This document shows, one piece after another, positions 1-12,872 of a stretch of 64,000 nucleotides of DNA (the stretch's first letter is position 1; the number at the start of each line of letters is the position of its first letter). Below the pieces are notes generated by a model. It was not told the DNA's origin. It searched no databases and saw nothing but the letters and a program-made list of their open reading frames with translations. This stretch comes from Paraphysomonas bandaiensis (Eukaryota > Protista > Chrysophyceae), in assembly GCA_965644295.1 (NCBI GenBank), contig CBFFRP010000445.1, forward strand, positions 124,001 through 188,000. Direction: 5' to 3'. Both the position numbers and the translations under genes were made by a program.

Positions 1-3000
1 AACACGTCATGTACTAAGGCGTCCTTGTTTTCAATGAACTCTTCCTTTGATAGCAGCATGGAACAGGCGATCTCGCACGACGACGTCACAACACCACACT
101 AGAAGATACAGGGCACATTAGTAAGTGTTCGAGTAACATAATTGTACATTTTATAAAACATGCCCCACATCATTCCCAAGATGGTAGGTATACCATAAAA
201 ATATATGCAGCACTGAATGAGGCCATTTACTATCATATATGACGAATACGAACTCATTTTCCACTTAGTACTGACCCAAGTGGTCACGTAACTACCTTAT
301 TAGCTGATGAATCCTTGACAATCATCACTCCAGCGTGTTTAAATAGTTCCTCTCTGGCTTCTTTGGTATTATAGATATTGGCACCCTAAAAAGCAACCAT
401 TAGGATGATAAACACATGCATATGAATAGATAATTTCAAAATATGAAAACACTTGGCCTGAGCGTAAAAAGGCACCATACCTCCACAATGAGACGAGATG
501 TCGGTTCACCATTTTCGTCCAAAAAGCCTCGCCAGTTCGATGAATTGATAGTGTTGGGCCGACCTGCGTAAACGTAATCACAAAAATAGATGGCAATAAA
601 ATGAGTATAGCATTATGTAACTACTGTGGTATACATTAGTAAAATATTCCAATCACTTTCATACCTCCAGCAGGTACAAAAGCATCAGCCTTCACTCTGA
701 ACGGCATTGTGTTCCTTCTCGCCAAACCTTCTTCACTAGCCCTGGCCTCCATTAATACCCCCTCTGCAGAGAGCTATACACGACCCATAAGAAAATTCCA
801 TAATAATTGGTGGAAACACGCAGCTCGGATACGATGCATATAGGATACATGTCGTGTTACCACCTTAGCTGGGTTGAAATGTATGATACTCTTGCTCTCT
901 TCGACAAGTCGCAAGAGTTCTTCGCTGTTGAGGCCACTCGGATCCTCAGCAACACCATCCACGTCAGATATACCAACAATCCTTGCGTTGTCACCATACT
1001 CTCTGCAATTAATATTAATGACAATATGCAGCAGCAAACGTGGCGTATAATCCAAAGCTAAAAGTACTCAATGTAAAAATCCATCACCATTATACCTGAA
1101 CAGAATTTTTAAAAGATTTCCCGCGACGTCGCCATCAGGACCTCCAGTAACCTTAACAGTGAAAGGCATAGTTCTGGGGTCAATTCCAAGAGACTCCCTG
1201 AGTGCCACGTCTAGGAAGACGACAACGCCTTCAGAGGTAACACCATACTGTTTGTGGTTGAATCCAGCCTCTATTGTCGAAATTATTATTAGATGTATAA
1301 TAGCACTAATTCATTTGACATATAAGTCAATTACTCAGTACAAGTCACATATATAGTCGTAACCATGAAAGGTGCAACACCTTTCTTCGAGCTCATGAAG
1401 GCAGGGGGGATGTTGTAACCACGTCTAGCAGCCCGCCCTACAATCCAGTCGATATCAGCCGGGATGACCTATATATGCCCCATTAAAAGTATCCTACTGA
1501 CACGTATATATTGCACATGTATAGGGCAGCATATGCTTTAACGTTCAAGTGATACACTGAGCTACGAAGCCTATACATCAGTACATATCACAAATGATAC
1601 CTGCTCATCTGGTCCAAGAAATATAACTTCATCCTCTCCATATCTGTCTACCACAGTTCTGTAGAACCTCTCGTCTCGGACAGTCAGGTCCAAGATACTG
1701 TCCACAAATGCCTGTAAGATTGCAACAAATCGTTAAGTCAGCGATATGCACTACAGTATCAATACTTACTCGGACAGACTTTCTCTTGAGGAACTCATGA
1801 TGTTTCTTTTTGACGTTAGGGGAGTCCACAAGAACAACAGCCTTGGCTCCGCCCTCAGGAATATCCTGCCCATTTTAAATAGCAGTGTTACACTTTCACA
1901 CAGCAATGTGTGTTACTCCATATGCTACAAGCAAGACATTGCACAGTCAAAGTTTACTGCTTACTAATACTACATTACAGCATTCACGTTTAGCACACCT
2001 TGTTCTTGAGCTGTTGGCCGTAGCTGAGCCCGTACACTTCATCAAATTGTCTTGAGGATTCCAGGGCTTTGGTATCGCTATTGGGAGGTGTCACGATACG
2101 CAGACCACCCCTGGCGATGTCCTTGAACCGACAGTGGAAGCCATTGAAGTACCTGGGTAAAATATATTAAAACTGAAGAATATTGTAAGGTAGTCTTTAT
2201 ATCGCATATCGCAACATGGCTAACGATGCAGGTCAGCTGTACGTAGTAATACAACCTCACCTTCCATGGGAAAAGAAGACACCAAATGGCAGTTCTTTTT
2301 TATTGGAACCAGATAAATCTTCTTCAGCAAACAAAACCGTAGGATCCACCCTTAAACTCAATGCATACCTGTCGTGAAAAGGAAAATAAAGTTAGCGTTT
2401 GTCACACATACAAATGTACATCAACGCCTATACAATTGTAGATATATTAAAAAAATAAAGGGTCGACGATGTTCACTCGCAGGGAATCATCGTACATATC
2501 GTATATTTCAATATATACTCCGTACCTGTCATCATTGTAGAAATTAGTCTTCAGGGTGTACTTGACTGCATCAAGCATCTTTTGAAGAGCAACTCTGGCC
2601 TCCTCCTTTTGAAGTCTGAATATCACGTGTCAATACCTAGCATATGTATATGGATGGCTAGATAGGCTCTCATAGATAAATTTAATACGAAGCATGGCTG
2701 TACCACTCGTACACATAGAATCACAGAAAGGATATAATGCTTCACCTAGCCAATCTGGACTGAATAGTAGCAGCCCTCTTTTCAATATCAGCATCTGCAG
2801 CTTCCTTATCATTGTTCACAATAGCAGGGTTGAAGCGATCCAGAAACAATTGGGCGATAGCCTCAGCCTGCTCGGCGAGGTAGGTAGACGATGTCACAGT
2901 GTCCACAATATTCTGGGCACTGCAAAAACAGAAACCATGTAACGTACGAAACTGCAAACGAGGGGCACATATATACGTAAGAAAACCAAAAATGGGGGAT

Positions 3001-5087
3001 GATGCAGTGTGATGATATATAGTGTACACACCTGGCGAACGCAATTGGGTACTGCTTGCTGAGTGGTGAGTGTAGCATGCTACACAAAGCGGTCACCACT
3101 TCGGCTTTAGAAGCTCCAAATTGTTTCATATCCGGAGCATCCTTCTGAAAGGCCAACCGAAGAGTCATATCATCCAACCACTTGCATCGCTTTAGATCAC
3201 GAGTAAAACGCGGTACAAAGTCTGTCGCGATGTGCACTTAGTGTACATTTAACGCGTTCAAAATTAATTACCCGGTCCAAATATCGAGTCAGGTGAGGTC
3301 GACACCGAGGGATCTGGGGATACAAGAAGCCTCAATTGAGTTGTGTATCCCGGACTGTACGGGGTATTTTGGTCAGCGGGTATCGAGTTACCCGGGTCGT
3401 AAATGTTATCCATATGAGCCCTCCAGATATCCATTCCGCGCATTGCAAGCATATCTAGAGATAGGTCAGCATATTACATCGTAGGATCAAGTATAGAGGT
3501 TTAAACACGACAAAAATACCTGCTGTCAATTTGAGCAGCTCATCGGGGAAAACGTTGCCGGCAGCAAGAGATACCCACGCAGCAGTTCCAGATGGGGGTC
3601 CACCTGTGCCATGATACTTCTCGATGTGGACAGCGGAGTCATCTGTACCCCGCACTTGTTCATACAGTGCCCTCTATGCATGATATAGCAGATACAAGTG
3701 AGTACAAATGGCATGCAGAGATTTCACGAGAAACTACTTTACCTGAATCATAAATCTTCGGGGATGAGAAGATTGCACATACTGAGGGCTGCATTTAGAG
3801 ATGTACTCCTTCATTGATTCCTCGCTGAACAACTCTTCGTCATATTTCGGTACACGAGGATTATCCTCGTGCTTCCCAGCTTTGACCTGTCAATTAGAAA
3901 TGAGTCATTCTGTCATATCTGCAAATATATGAATAGATATATTGGTGTATGCGCCGTGCATAGGGTAGATGTAGATATGGAAGATTTATGGTGTGTTCTC
4001 TACCTCCTCTATGGCCTGCATAATGTGCTTCGCATCTTCCATGCTGGCAGTGGGAATTTCTAAAGTCTTGGCTGCACATATTACAGTAAAACGCTACACA
4101 CTAAACAATGTCCTATTCCTCTACCATTGCTGCTGTGTTTAGCAATAGCATATGTACGCACGACAGAATGCCACAACTATTTCACATTGAAATACACTAC
4201 TATGAATAACTAGGGTAGTGTGCATACTCACGCTCAAAAGTAAATATATTTAGGGCGAACTGTCCGTCTTCGGAAGAAAAGACCTTGATATTAGCCAGGC
4301 CATGCTGGGGCATGGGGGATTGCATTAACTGTTCCAGCTAGACGTAGAGTTATCAGACTAAAATACCCTTGTATAGAACCACGGAGCCGTACCTGACCAA
4401 TGAAAGACCCACTTCTGGTATGGGTGGAAAGAATGGTTACGTGGATTTTTCCATCTGATTCCTTGTTCATGATCTTTAGGCTCAGATCACTTTGTCTGAG
4501 ATCATGAATGGCGGCCACAGCTTGTAGGTGAGATCGACGCATCTCTTCGCTAACTTGATTAAAGTAAGAGTCCTATATGCATACATCACTCACGAGATAA
4601 AGAGAGTGGGCTAGAACTATACCGGCATGGCTTTGAGAAACCATGGAACCACTTGCTTGACTACGAGCAGAGAGTGAGGTATATACGAGAATAGATACAC
4701 ATGCATATAGCCTCATGCATATACACATCTATAACTGCATCTACATGAAGATATGTACACGTCCATATATATATCAAGGTACGTATGCATATGAAGGCGT
4801 ATATATATGTGGGTGTTACCAGTCTCCATCTGATGCAGAGAGATATCATGAATAAGGGCTTGTTCAGTGAGCTTCTGTATCTTTTTATCGTCCATTGGAG
4901 CCCATGATTTGATCCCTCTGAGAGGGGAAGACACATGTGAACGTTGAGAAGAGTGATTTGAAGACTGTGAGGTGATATACACTGATGCTTGTCTGTGAGT
5001 CGCCATAGGGACCAATACAGGTCGAACAGAGGATATAGGGACCGATGAAGGTCGATAAAAGGCTCGTGTCAACCCGCGGGATAACAT
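1..5087 (-). CDS. GDH2: Large NAD-specific glutamate dehydrogenase (GDH2-type), about 22 exons in the window, 3' end runs off the window start; probable mitochondrial transit peptide
   Basis: Spliced exons read GFHCRFKDIARGGLRIV (~2150-2095), QQLKNK/DIPEGGAKAVV (~2020-1830), VKVTGGPDGDVAGN (~1160-1118), FVPAGG/RPNTIN, GANIYNT..VKDSSANK (386-297) and CGVVTSSCEI (<98). ATG at 5087 opens the Arg/Ser-rich MLSRGLTRAFYRPSS. GT-AG introns lie between the exons. Confidence 0.93.
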
Positions 5088-5971
5088 GCTGGGGCAGATA
5101 GAGGGGGGGGGGATAGATTGGGTGTTACAAGTAAGATATACTCTAATGGAATGAGAATTCCAGATATATACACATACATGCATACATACATACATAGCTG
5201 GCTCTCTATTCCTACTACACCCTACAGGACTGTGCTGTGTGCACACATATAGAGTACGTATACTGCTGCTGATGCTGTACAATATCCTGCTGTCTTTGAA
5301 TCTTCCTACTGCTCTGTGTATACGGCTGTAGTCTATACTAAAATGGCGATATACACACATGACGCACTTGGAAGTGTTGAGCCAATCAGATACGATATTT
5401 CACTGTAGATTGGTTTCTATAGGACAGTTCAGCATATTATGATCTACAGGCACATATCCAGCTCTATGATGCACTGCTGTTGATGCATGTCTCATGGCGG
5501 TCCTTATAAGGATCATATTACTGGTCTCAGGGACAGTCTATCTATCTCGAGGACTTCCACTACTGACTTAAATGCCTCAACTACAGCGCTGATGCAGCTT
5601 CCCGTCTCCATATCGTCATACTTGTGCCTACAGGCATATGAGTCTGTTGCTCTTCAAGATCGTAACGGTTTCTGTTCGTTAATCATACCTGAATCTTATT
5701 AGTCAAGTTTATAATTCCAAACTGATTCAAATTTAGGCAGTGACATTATGTCATAACTATCATTTGATACCATGTAAGAACTCTGCTACCACAACCTCAG
5801 CTGTAATTGCAATAGACTGTTATAACGTCATATTCCTCGTCTTTTCCCCATTTTGACAGTGTGACCATAGTGCAAGCTTGCTGGCACACTACATATAACA
5901 TCCAGATTTAGCGCTGATTCTGTGCAGCCACACACCCACGACATTGTACTGTCCGTTTATCTGATATATTT

Positions 5972-7062
5972 CAGGGTTGTGTATCAATAAATTGTCAATT
6001 AATTGACGCATGTTGTAGCCAATTATATTTGCAATTATTACTTGCGGTCTCAATATCTATTATTGTTAATAATGGCAATCATTTAATACTACATTGTACT
6101 AGCTGCCAATATAGCTACCTCAACTGTCATTTCAGAGGCGACTAGACTCTTACTTCTTCATCATCTTCTTCATCCTCAGCGAGCAAGAATCATTGCCAAA
6201 TTGAATCTACACGATTGTCTTTTTGAAAGCAGTGTTATGAATAATGGCAGCATTGTCGCGCAGATGACGCTCGACAATCGGGGGCCATATGATGAGTTCG
6301 TCAAACAATATGTCCACCACTATCACCTCGCTGGGCAACCAAAACTTTATCTTTCCGTCCATCAATCTTCGATTTTTATCGTAAAATTGGATTTGCTCAA
6401 TAAAAAGCGTTAACAACTTTTCAGAGTAAAAATATGCTATTTTTTATCAATTAATTTGCAACAATTTTGGGTGTAGTGTGGTGGATTATAAGGTTGTTGT
6501 GATGTGAGGGCCAAGATGAAGTAGTAAAGGTAGTAGCATGAGATAAGAGGTAGAAGATGATTCGGACAAGGTCAAGGGATACGAGTATTAAGGCCAGATA
6601 GAGGGTTGGAGTGTACCGGGACTATCCGTACATACGGACGTAACGGATGTTTATGGTAACCCGTACAGTATGAAGTAGATAGTAGGATAGTAAGAGGTTA
6701 CTGTAGGGATAATTCTGGAAGTGTAAAAACTAGCTATTTATGGCTAGAAACCCATCTCTAGAAACAGTTATGGAAAAACAGGTAGAGTTATACGGGTTTT
6801 TAGATAGGACAGAATTACAAGGTAAAATGATATAATAAGCATGGTTAAGTGTTGGTGAAATTAAGCACTATCTATCTATCTACCTACCATCTATTGCACA
6901 CATGGATAAGGATGACATATGTTCACTGAAACCCACAGAGAGGATGCTCAATCACCCGATGTTGCCACAAATTGAAGCAAACTGGAGTCAATTGTAATTG
7001 AAATTACGAGTTGATGTCCCAATTTCAATAATTGAAAATCAATTAATTGATACGCAGCCTTG
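5972..7062 (-). mobile_element. Internally deleted hAT-family DNA transposon remnant, interrupted by a solo-LTR-like insert
   Basis: Both ends match the reverse complement of the 60695-61933 element (cagggttgtgtatcaat...; ...aattaattgatacgcagccttg). Relic peptide ERHLRDNAAIIHNTAFKKTIV (ORF 6207-6416) aligns with ERHLGDSVAIIFNAAFEKAVV (61331 ORF). Confidence 0.8.
6468..6969. mobile_element. Solo-LTR-like element (~500 bp, TG...CA) nested in the hAT remnant
   Basis: Starts TG, ends CA, flanked by aattt/aattg (near-perfect 5-bp TSD). The host hAT sequence resumes on both sides. Homologous in reverse orientation to 49688-50210. Confidence 0.6.
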
Positions 7063-7470
7063 CTATATTTCCCATGACCTCATCAAATATATAATTTATT
7101 TCAATGCTGTAGTCGTCATTATCAGCTATACTTCAAACCATTTAACTATAGCATTAATTGCTAAACCTTAAGTAAAACTCAACACCACAGTGATAAATCG
7201 TCAGGGCAATTTAAATGATAACTTAGAGAAACCAAACTTCATTATTTTAAATAGTTCATCATTTATAGGTAGCAAGCGTACCAGGCATACATGTGATACA
7301 AGCATGCAAAAGAAAACACATATTTGGCTACAGTATACTAAATTCACGTATCACAATAGTAGTATAGTGTACTACGACTACTTTTGATGTACGTTCGTAG
7401 AGAATAAAAAAATTACCGAAAACGAACATTGTATGTCTCCAAAAAACAAGTACTAACTACAAGGATAGAA

Positions 7471-10134
7471 TCATCTTAAGAGTGGTTCCCGAATAATGTT
7501 TTCAAATTTCTTGATATCAAAAGGCTTGAATAGCACTCCATCAGCCCCACAACGCAAGAAATAACTAACGTCATCGGACATCACGTTGCCTGTCAGACCA
7601 ATAATTTTTACATCAATCTTCATTTCCCTTAACCGTTTCGTAGCTTCTGGACCATTCAAACGCGGCATTTGATAGTCCATTAAGATACACCCATACGTTG
7701 TCACGTCATTGGCACTCTCATACATTTCGACACACTCCTCACCATCACACAGAACATCACTCTCATATCCATGCAGCTTCAATATACGAGTTAGAAGCTT
7801 CCTATTAGTTGATGCATCATCCACTATCAGAACCCTCGGTTTGGCTTCCACTGAAGAAATACAATCACTAGATTCAACTGTTGTAGTATGTCTAACCATA
7901 GGGCCTTCCAAGCCAGCCGACGAGTTCGTGCGTGTATATCCAACAATTCGTACCACTGGTATCTCCATATAAAACACAGTACCACAGCCTTCACCCTCAG
8001 ATTCAGCCCATATTTGTCCCCCATGCAAGTGTACAATATATTTCGAAATGCACAACCCTAGCCCTGACCCCTGACCGTTCTGGAGTTCATTGGCATTGAA
8101 TTGTACTCCTTCTTGGAATAAATACTTCATGTTCTCCTTCGATATTCCCGGACCATTGTCCCTAACTGACACCAAGATAGAACCCGCAGGGGTAATTGTA
8201 ACATCTGAAACAAGGGAGCTGTCATTTTTATCCACTGGCAGTGGCCCCAACGGCTTCGTTCCCTTTAGTCCTTGTGGGTTCCATGTCACGCTGATATCAA
8301 TCACAGAGTTTGATGGGGAAAATTTAATGGCATTGCTCAGAAGGTTCCTTAAGACTTGAGCTAAACGGCAAATATCTCCATGACAATAAAGCTCGTGTAA
8401 ATTTTTCCCGCATTGGTGGGAGCTATTTCCCATTAGGCCTGACACTGGGACCTTGTCTTCACAGAAAACATTCAATTGTATAAATTTCTGAGTAGCATGT
8501 ACAGACAAAGCCCTCACAGATGTCCTTACAAGTTCCCATAGGTCAATATTGCTAAACTCTAACTTCAGTGTTCCAGATTCAATCTTATCATAGTTCAACA
8601 GGTCATTCAATACAGTAACTGCACTTTCCGCACTGGCTTGAAGATCATGAGTAATTTCAACCAAATCTTGAATCAGCTCGTTATTTTCATCTGAACATTT
8701 AGTAATCCCGTTCTCTAGCAACTTCAGACCCATACACACAGTATTCATTGGGGTGCGAACTTCGTGAGAAATAAATCTCACATACCTCCGTTTTGCTGAA
8801 AGAATATTCTCTTGTGCCGCTGAATTAGCCTCAACGAAGTAGTCGTACAAGAAAAAAATTGCAGATGTAAATAAAATGACAGACACACCAGACACACACA
8901 TAATTAAGGGTACATCAGTGTTATAGATGGAATAAAAGCTATCACGTGGGTATATATCGAGCTGATATGGCACATAGAGCTCGGTAGATGAATTCAAACT
9001 CAGAGTGGATGAGTGGCGTTCTGAAGAATACTCCTCATCATGCATATCACCAGCGCCCTTAAAGACTGCTTCCCCATCTTTAAATGAGAAAGTGTACTGA
9101 AATTCTCCAGCTTTTAGCACGCAATCGATACCCTCAATGTAATCTGGCAAAATACCACTAAACACATCAACCCATTCAAAAGTAGCAATGGAATAACCGA
9201 CAACGGTTTCTGAAGGATCATAATTCGCTACAGTGGGTGATATAACAGCTGTGCTAGGATTGCGGTTGAACACGCCAGATAGAGTGGAACACTTCTTATA
9301 GGAATTCGATTGAGTACACGCCAAAACATTGTCCATGGCTGTTCCTCTATCAATATGTGAGTGAACATTGTAGAGCATTAACCACGGCGCATAAATGTCA
9401 TATCCTTGAAACCCGGCGTTAAGGATTGGGGTCAATATATTATGCTCGCTGAAGGAAGTCTCAGCAGTGGTATCGTGGTAAATTGATCCATTGATATCAG
9501 TTGAAAAAACACCGTACTGCCCACAACCAGGTGGAAAGTCGTTTACGTTCCCGAATACTTCCAGCGCATAAGCCTCAAAAACAGCTAATTGATCAGGACG
9601 AACTATAGGACAGTGGCCCACAAAGGGTATTCCACTGTTAAGTATATCTTCGTATATCGTCTGAACGCCAGAAATAGAGGTGTTCGGCCAAGATTCCGGG
9701 TTGGGGTAGAAAACACTGTATACACTGGACAGCTCCTCCGTTTGATGCGTTATCGTCTGAAGAAAATCATTACTAGAGGCCACAATACGAAAAGATATCG
9801 AATCAAGTTCGTCCTGATATCGATTCATCTCCAATCGGCTTAAATATATATACGACACAGTCCCACATAGCGCAGCTGTGAGTAATAGTGATATGAGCAC
9901 GAGGGCTCGAGACACCACTACACGAGAGGTCCTATTAACACACAGACCCTTCCAGATACCCGATATCTCCTTACTGCCACGTGAAGTGGACTTAAGGGGC
10001 GTGATGTTCTCTATATCGGATAGTGATTTAGGTGATGGGGGGTCTGTGTATGTGTCTGTGTCTGTATGTGTGGGTGGGTTATCTCGAGTGCGCATAGACG
10101 CCTCTCGGTCCTCTATATGACTCATCTCAAGCAT
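7471..10134 (-). CDS. Membrane-bound hybrid sensor histidine kinase (TM - CHASE-like sensor - TM - HisKA - HATPase_c - receiver), intronless, 887 aa
   Basis: H-box FISHEVRTPM, N-box QVLRNLLSNAIKF, G1 VRDNGPGI, G2 GSGLGLCI. Receiver motifs LIVDD, LMDYQMP and KPF. Two hydrophobic helices bracket a ~300-aa sensor region. Confidence 0.95.
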   Translation of the reverse strand: MLEMSHIEDREASMRTRDNPPTHTDTDTYTDPPSPKSLSDIENITPLKSTSRGSKEISGIWKGLCVNRTSRVVVSRALVLISLLLTAALCGTVSYIYLSRLEMNRYQDELDSISFRIVASSNDFLQTITHQTEELSSVYSVFYPNPESWPNTSISGVQTIYEDILNSGIPFVGHCPIVRPDQLAVFEAYALEVFGNVNDFPPGCGQYGVFSTDINGSIYHDTTAETSFSEHNILTPILNAGFQGYDIYAPWLMLYNVHSHIDRGTAMDNVLACTQSNSYKKCSTLSGVFNRNPSTAVISPTVANYDPSETVVGYSIATFEWVDVFSGILPDYIEGIDCVLKAGEFQYTFSFKDGEAVFKGAGDMHDEEYSSERHSSTLSLNSSTELYVPYQLDIYPRDSFYSIYNTDVPLIMCVSGVSVILFTSAIFFLYDYFVEANSAAQENILSAKRRYVRFISHEVRTPMNTVCMGLKLLENGITKCSDENNELIQDLVEITHDLQASAESAVTVLNDLLNYDKIESGTLKLEFSNIDLWELVRTSVRALSVHATQKFIQLNVFCEDKVPVSGLMGNSSHQCGKNLHELYCHGDICRLAQVLRNLLSNAIKFSPSNSVIDISVTWNPQGLKGTKPLGPLPVDKNDSSLVSDVTITPAGSILVSVRDNGPGISKENMKYLFQEGVQFNANELQNGQGSGLGLCISKYIVHLHGGQIWAESEGEGCGTVFYMEIPVVRIVGYTRTNSSAGLEGPMVRHTTTVESSDCISSVEAKPRVLIVDDASTNRKLLTRILKLHGYESDVLCDGEECVEMYESANDVTTYGCILMDYQMPRLNGPEATKRLREMKIDVKIIGLTGNVMSDDVSYFLRCGADGVLFKPFDIKKFENIIREPLLR

Positions 10135-10551
10135 GATATACAGCCAGCTACCTCATCAGCCACTCCCAGTATACGGGAGAGATGTTGATGGGTTCATGTG
10201 AATAACAGTGATATGTCTGCTGACAGATACACGAGCGTACCAGCGCCCTCCTTTATAGTCTCATACTATACATATACATATACACTGTCCATGTGACAAC
10301 ATCGCGATACGATGCGCTACCTCATAAACCCTCCGGAACCCATACACACATACACATACACAGGCATATGAAAGAACTTCCCCCACAATACTTCGGAATA
10401 TCATATAAAATCCCCCGTATATCCCTATTATTGTATCAAAAAGTATATTTTTTGACATACGAAAATATCACAATTTTAGGAAAAAAGTCTAATTTTTATG
10501 ATGTGTGGGCAGTATTGTACGTATATGTACGCACAGTGTGCTGCTGTATCG

Positions 10552-10659
10552 GAGTGCACCCATTAAGGATTCTTGCTGCATTTCCAACACCAGAAACAGT
10601 ATTGATATAACACTTCAACGGATGAGAGCACCTGGGTCCGTCCTGCGGCGATCCAACCC
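10552..10659 (+). pseudogene. Degenerate duplicated fragment of the WW-domain 5' end of the gene at 12873
   Basis: aacaccagaaacagtattgatataacacttcaacggatgagagcacctgggtccgtcctgcggc is near-identical to ~12919-12982, with a TGG->TGA nonsense change and an upstream deletion. Confidence 0.85.
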
Positions 10660-11391
10660 TCAGCAAGATTAGCTCCATGCAGACAGACAAGGAAGATCAC
10701 ACTGTCCCTGCATTGATCGTGCAACTTCAGCGGAGGCTCTGTAGTGTTTTTCTTAACAGTAAACGCTGGTTTTTAATTATTTTAAGGATACGGTGGCGGA
10801 TAGTAGAGTTCATATCATTGGAAACACCTTACTTAAATTTGATCAGTTTGGTGTGATCATTTCGACTAAGAATCTCCAGGTATGGCTCATGCACAATAGC
10901 CTCTATGGCTGGAGAACCGACCGTTGAGACCAGCAGACAATCTATCGTCTGTTGTACATAACAAACATAAGCGAAACCTTAATATATGTCTAGGTGTAAG
11001 GAGCTAAAATTGGTTAGGTTGCATGATTTATTACTTTGCCTAGCTTTTTACACCAAAATTAGTGTGACACTATAATTCTATCAAATTGACTACGTTGAAT
11101 AACCAAATCGACCCTACGTCAGCTAAGATGAATTAAGTTGGTAGTGATTATTAATTATCTCCATTTTTACAATCTAAATCAACATTTGCTTACCTAATTC
11201 ACTTTTCTTGCTGAATTAGCATGAGTTATATAGCTACATACTATAGAGCATAAGACATAGCAAAGCAAAAGATGTGGTGAGAGATATAGGAAATGAGAAT
11301 ATTTAAATTAAAAACGACACACACAACTACTAAGAGAAAACTTACGTCGAGGACGCAAGGTACTGCATTTTCCAGCTCAGTACGTTATCTC

Positions 11392-12612
11392 CTAGCTTGA
11401 TATGGACACCCCATTAAAAGATTCACTCAAATCACTTGCAACAACATGGGCAGCATCTTCACCAAGAGTTGCCGTGGTCGGCGAAGTCACGGCTCGAAAA
11501 TAATATTGATTTACACCTTCCTGGCTGTGGAGAAACAGCTCCCACATTACTGAGCCGTCCGTATGGCAACCTCCGTAGACTTCAGGAGAGTCTTTAATTC
11601 TTAAATTGCTGCTGATATCAATTCCTGCTTTCTCGTTAGCTGTTCTTAGCGCACACTCAAGAGGAGTTTCACCAAGTCTTCGTGAGGTTCCTGGGATCGC
11701 AATGTCAATCATATCATCATAGTCGACGACAGTCAGGAGCATGTGGCTGGGGAAACCTTCACGCACTCGTCGCATCTCATCCAATGCAAACTTTAAGTGG
11801 TGATTCAAATGGGTACTTTTACCATCACCTGTACCCCGCTCTTGTATGCATGTCATCACTTCTCTAACCTCTCTGATGTCGTTACAGTCCAACAACCCCT
11901 TAGTTTCCGTGCAAATGAGATCCGTTCGAGGGACGTCTACGCCCATATCCTGTGCAATAGAGTCCAGTATGATATTATCTCCCAAGAAAACTGCGCATGC
12001 GGTATCCATATCATGATAATCGATTAAGCCTTTCGAAATTCGTACGTCCACTCTGCCATCGTTATACAAGCCAGATGAAAGCTGCAGTTTCTCGATTAGA
12101 CGTTCCTCTATCAGTAAAAATTGCTTCGTTTTGTCAACATCAGTGGGTCGTGTTCGTAGCGAATTTCCATACACATTACTCTTTAGAATTCGGTCAGCGG
12201 CCAAACGACTCTCATTCTCTTCTCCAGATAAAGCAAGATCACTCACTGGTATTTCTATATACTTTTTGCATTTAGGCGGTCTAAACTTCGTACATCCTAC
12301 ATATCTTTCTTTGTAGTCGCCAATTAAAACATACGACACCTCTGGACCGTTCAGCTTTACATGAATCCAGACGTGTACCTTATCATCGGGAGATGGCTTC
12401 ACATGCCAGTCCGCAAAGCAGTCGTAGTCAGGTAAGGTAGATGTGAGGGCAACCTTCTGTAATGATTGTTTGCGCAGTGGACAGATATGGTTATGTGGAT
12501 CGTTGCAGATGGCACACCTGCCACTCCTGGATAGAGAAGTGAACACTGTGCCCGAACCCGCTGATGACAAGGGTCTGTTTCGCATATGAGGAGGAACATA
12601 TCGATCAGTCAT
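11392..12612 (-). CDS. Uncharacterised 406-aa protein: N-terminal YVPPHMR motif, CxxC..H..HxC knuckle-like motif, C-terminal degenerate Nudix box
   Basis: Single long ORF with RYVPPHMRN, CAICNDPHNHIC and IPGTSRRLGETPLECALRTANEKAGI, the last resembling the Nudix box Gx5Ex7REUxEExGU. Confidence 0.8.
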   Translation of the reverse strand: MTDRYVPPHMRNRPLSSAGSGTVFTSLSRSGRCAICNDPHNHICPLRKQSLQKVALTSTLPDYDCFADWHVKPSPDDKVHVWIHVKLNGPEVSYVLIGDYKERYVGCTKFRPPKCKKYIEIPVSDLALSGEENESRLAADRILKSNVYGNSLRTRPTDVDKTKQFLLIEERLIEKLQLSSGLYNDGRVDVRISKGLIDYHDMDTACAVFLGDNIILDSIAQDMGVDVPRTDLICTETKGLLDCNDIREVREVMTCIQERGTGDGKSTHLNHHLKFALDEMRRVREGFPSHMLLTVVDYDDMIDIAIPGTSRRLGETPLECALRTANEKAGIDISSNLRIKDSPEVYGGCHTDGSVMWELFLHSQEGVNQYYFRAVTSPTTATLGEDAAHVVASDLSESFNGVSISS

Positions 12613-12872
12613 TTTACTGGTATTGAAGAATGAGGAGTTGTCTTGTTGTAGTATGCTGCTTTAATGGATAAGAATCTGATCGATATCATGATAGGCATGC
12701 TGATGTCCATATACAGTGCCCAGGGACAGGAAAATTCCCAGAGACGGACGAATCGTATCTTGAAAAGACGTCAAACTGAAACCCTCAGCAAGCGAGTGCT
12801 GATGATCTTGTTGGGAGATGCATGTGCTGGGGATATGAGCTGGAGCGGACTGATAAGCACATTAATTGCAAC

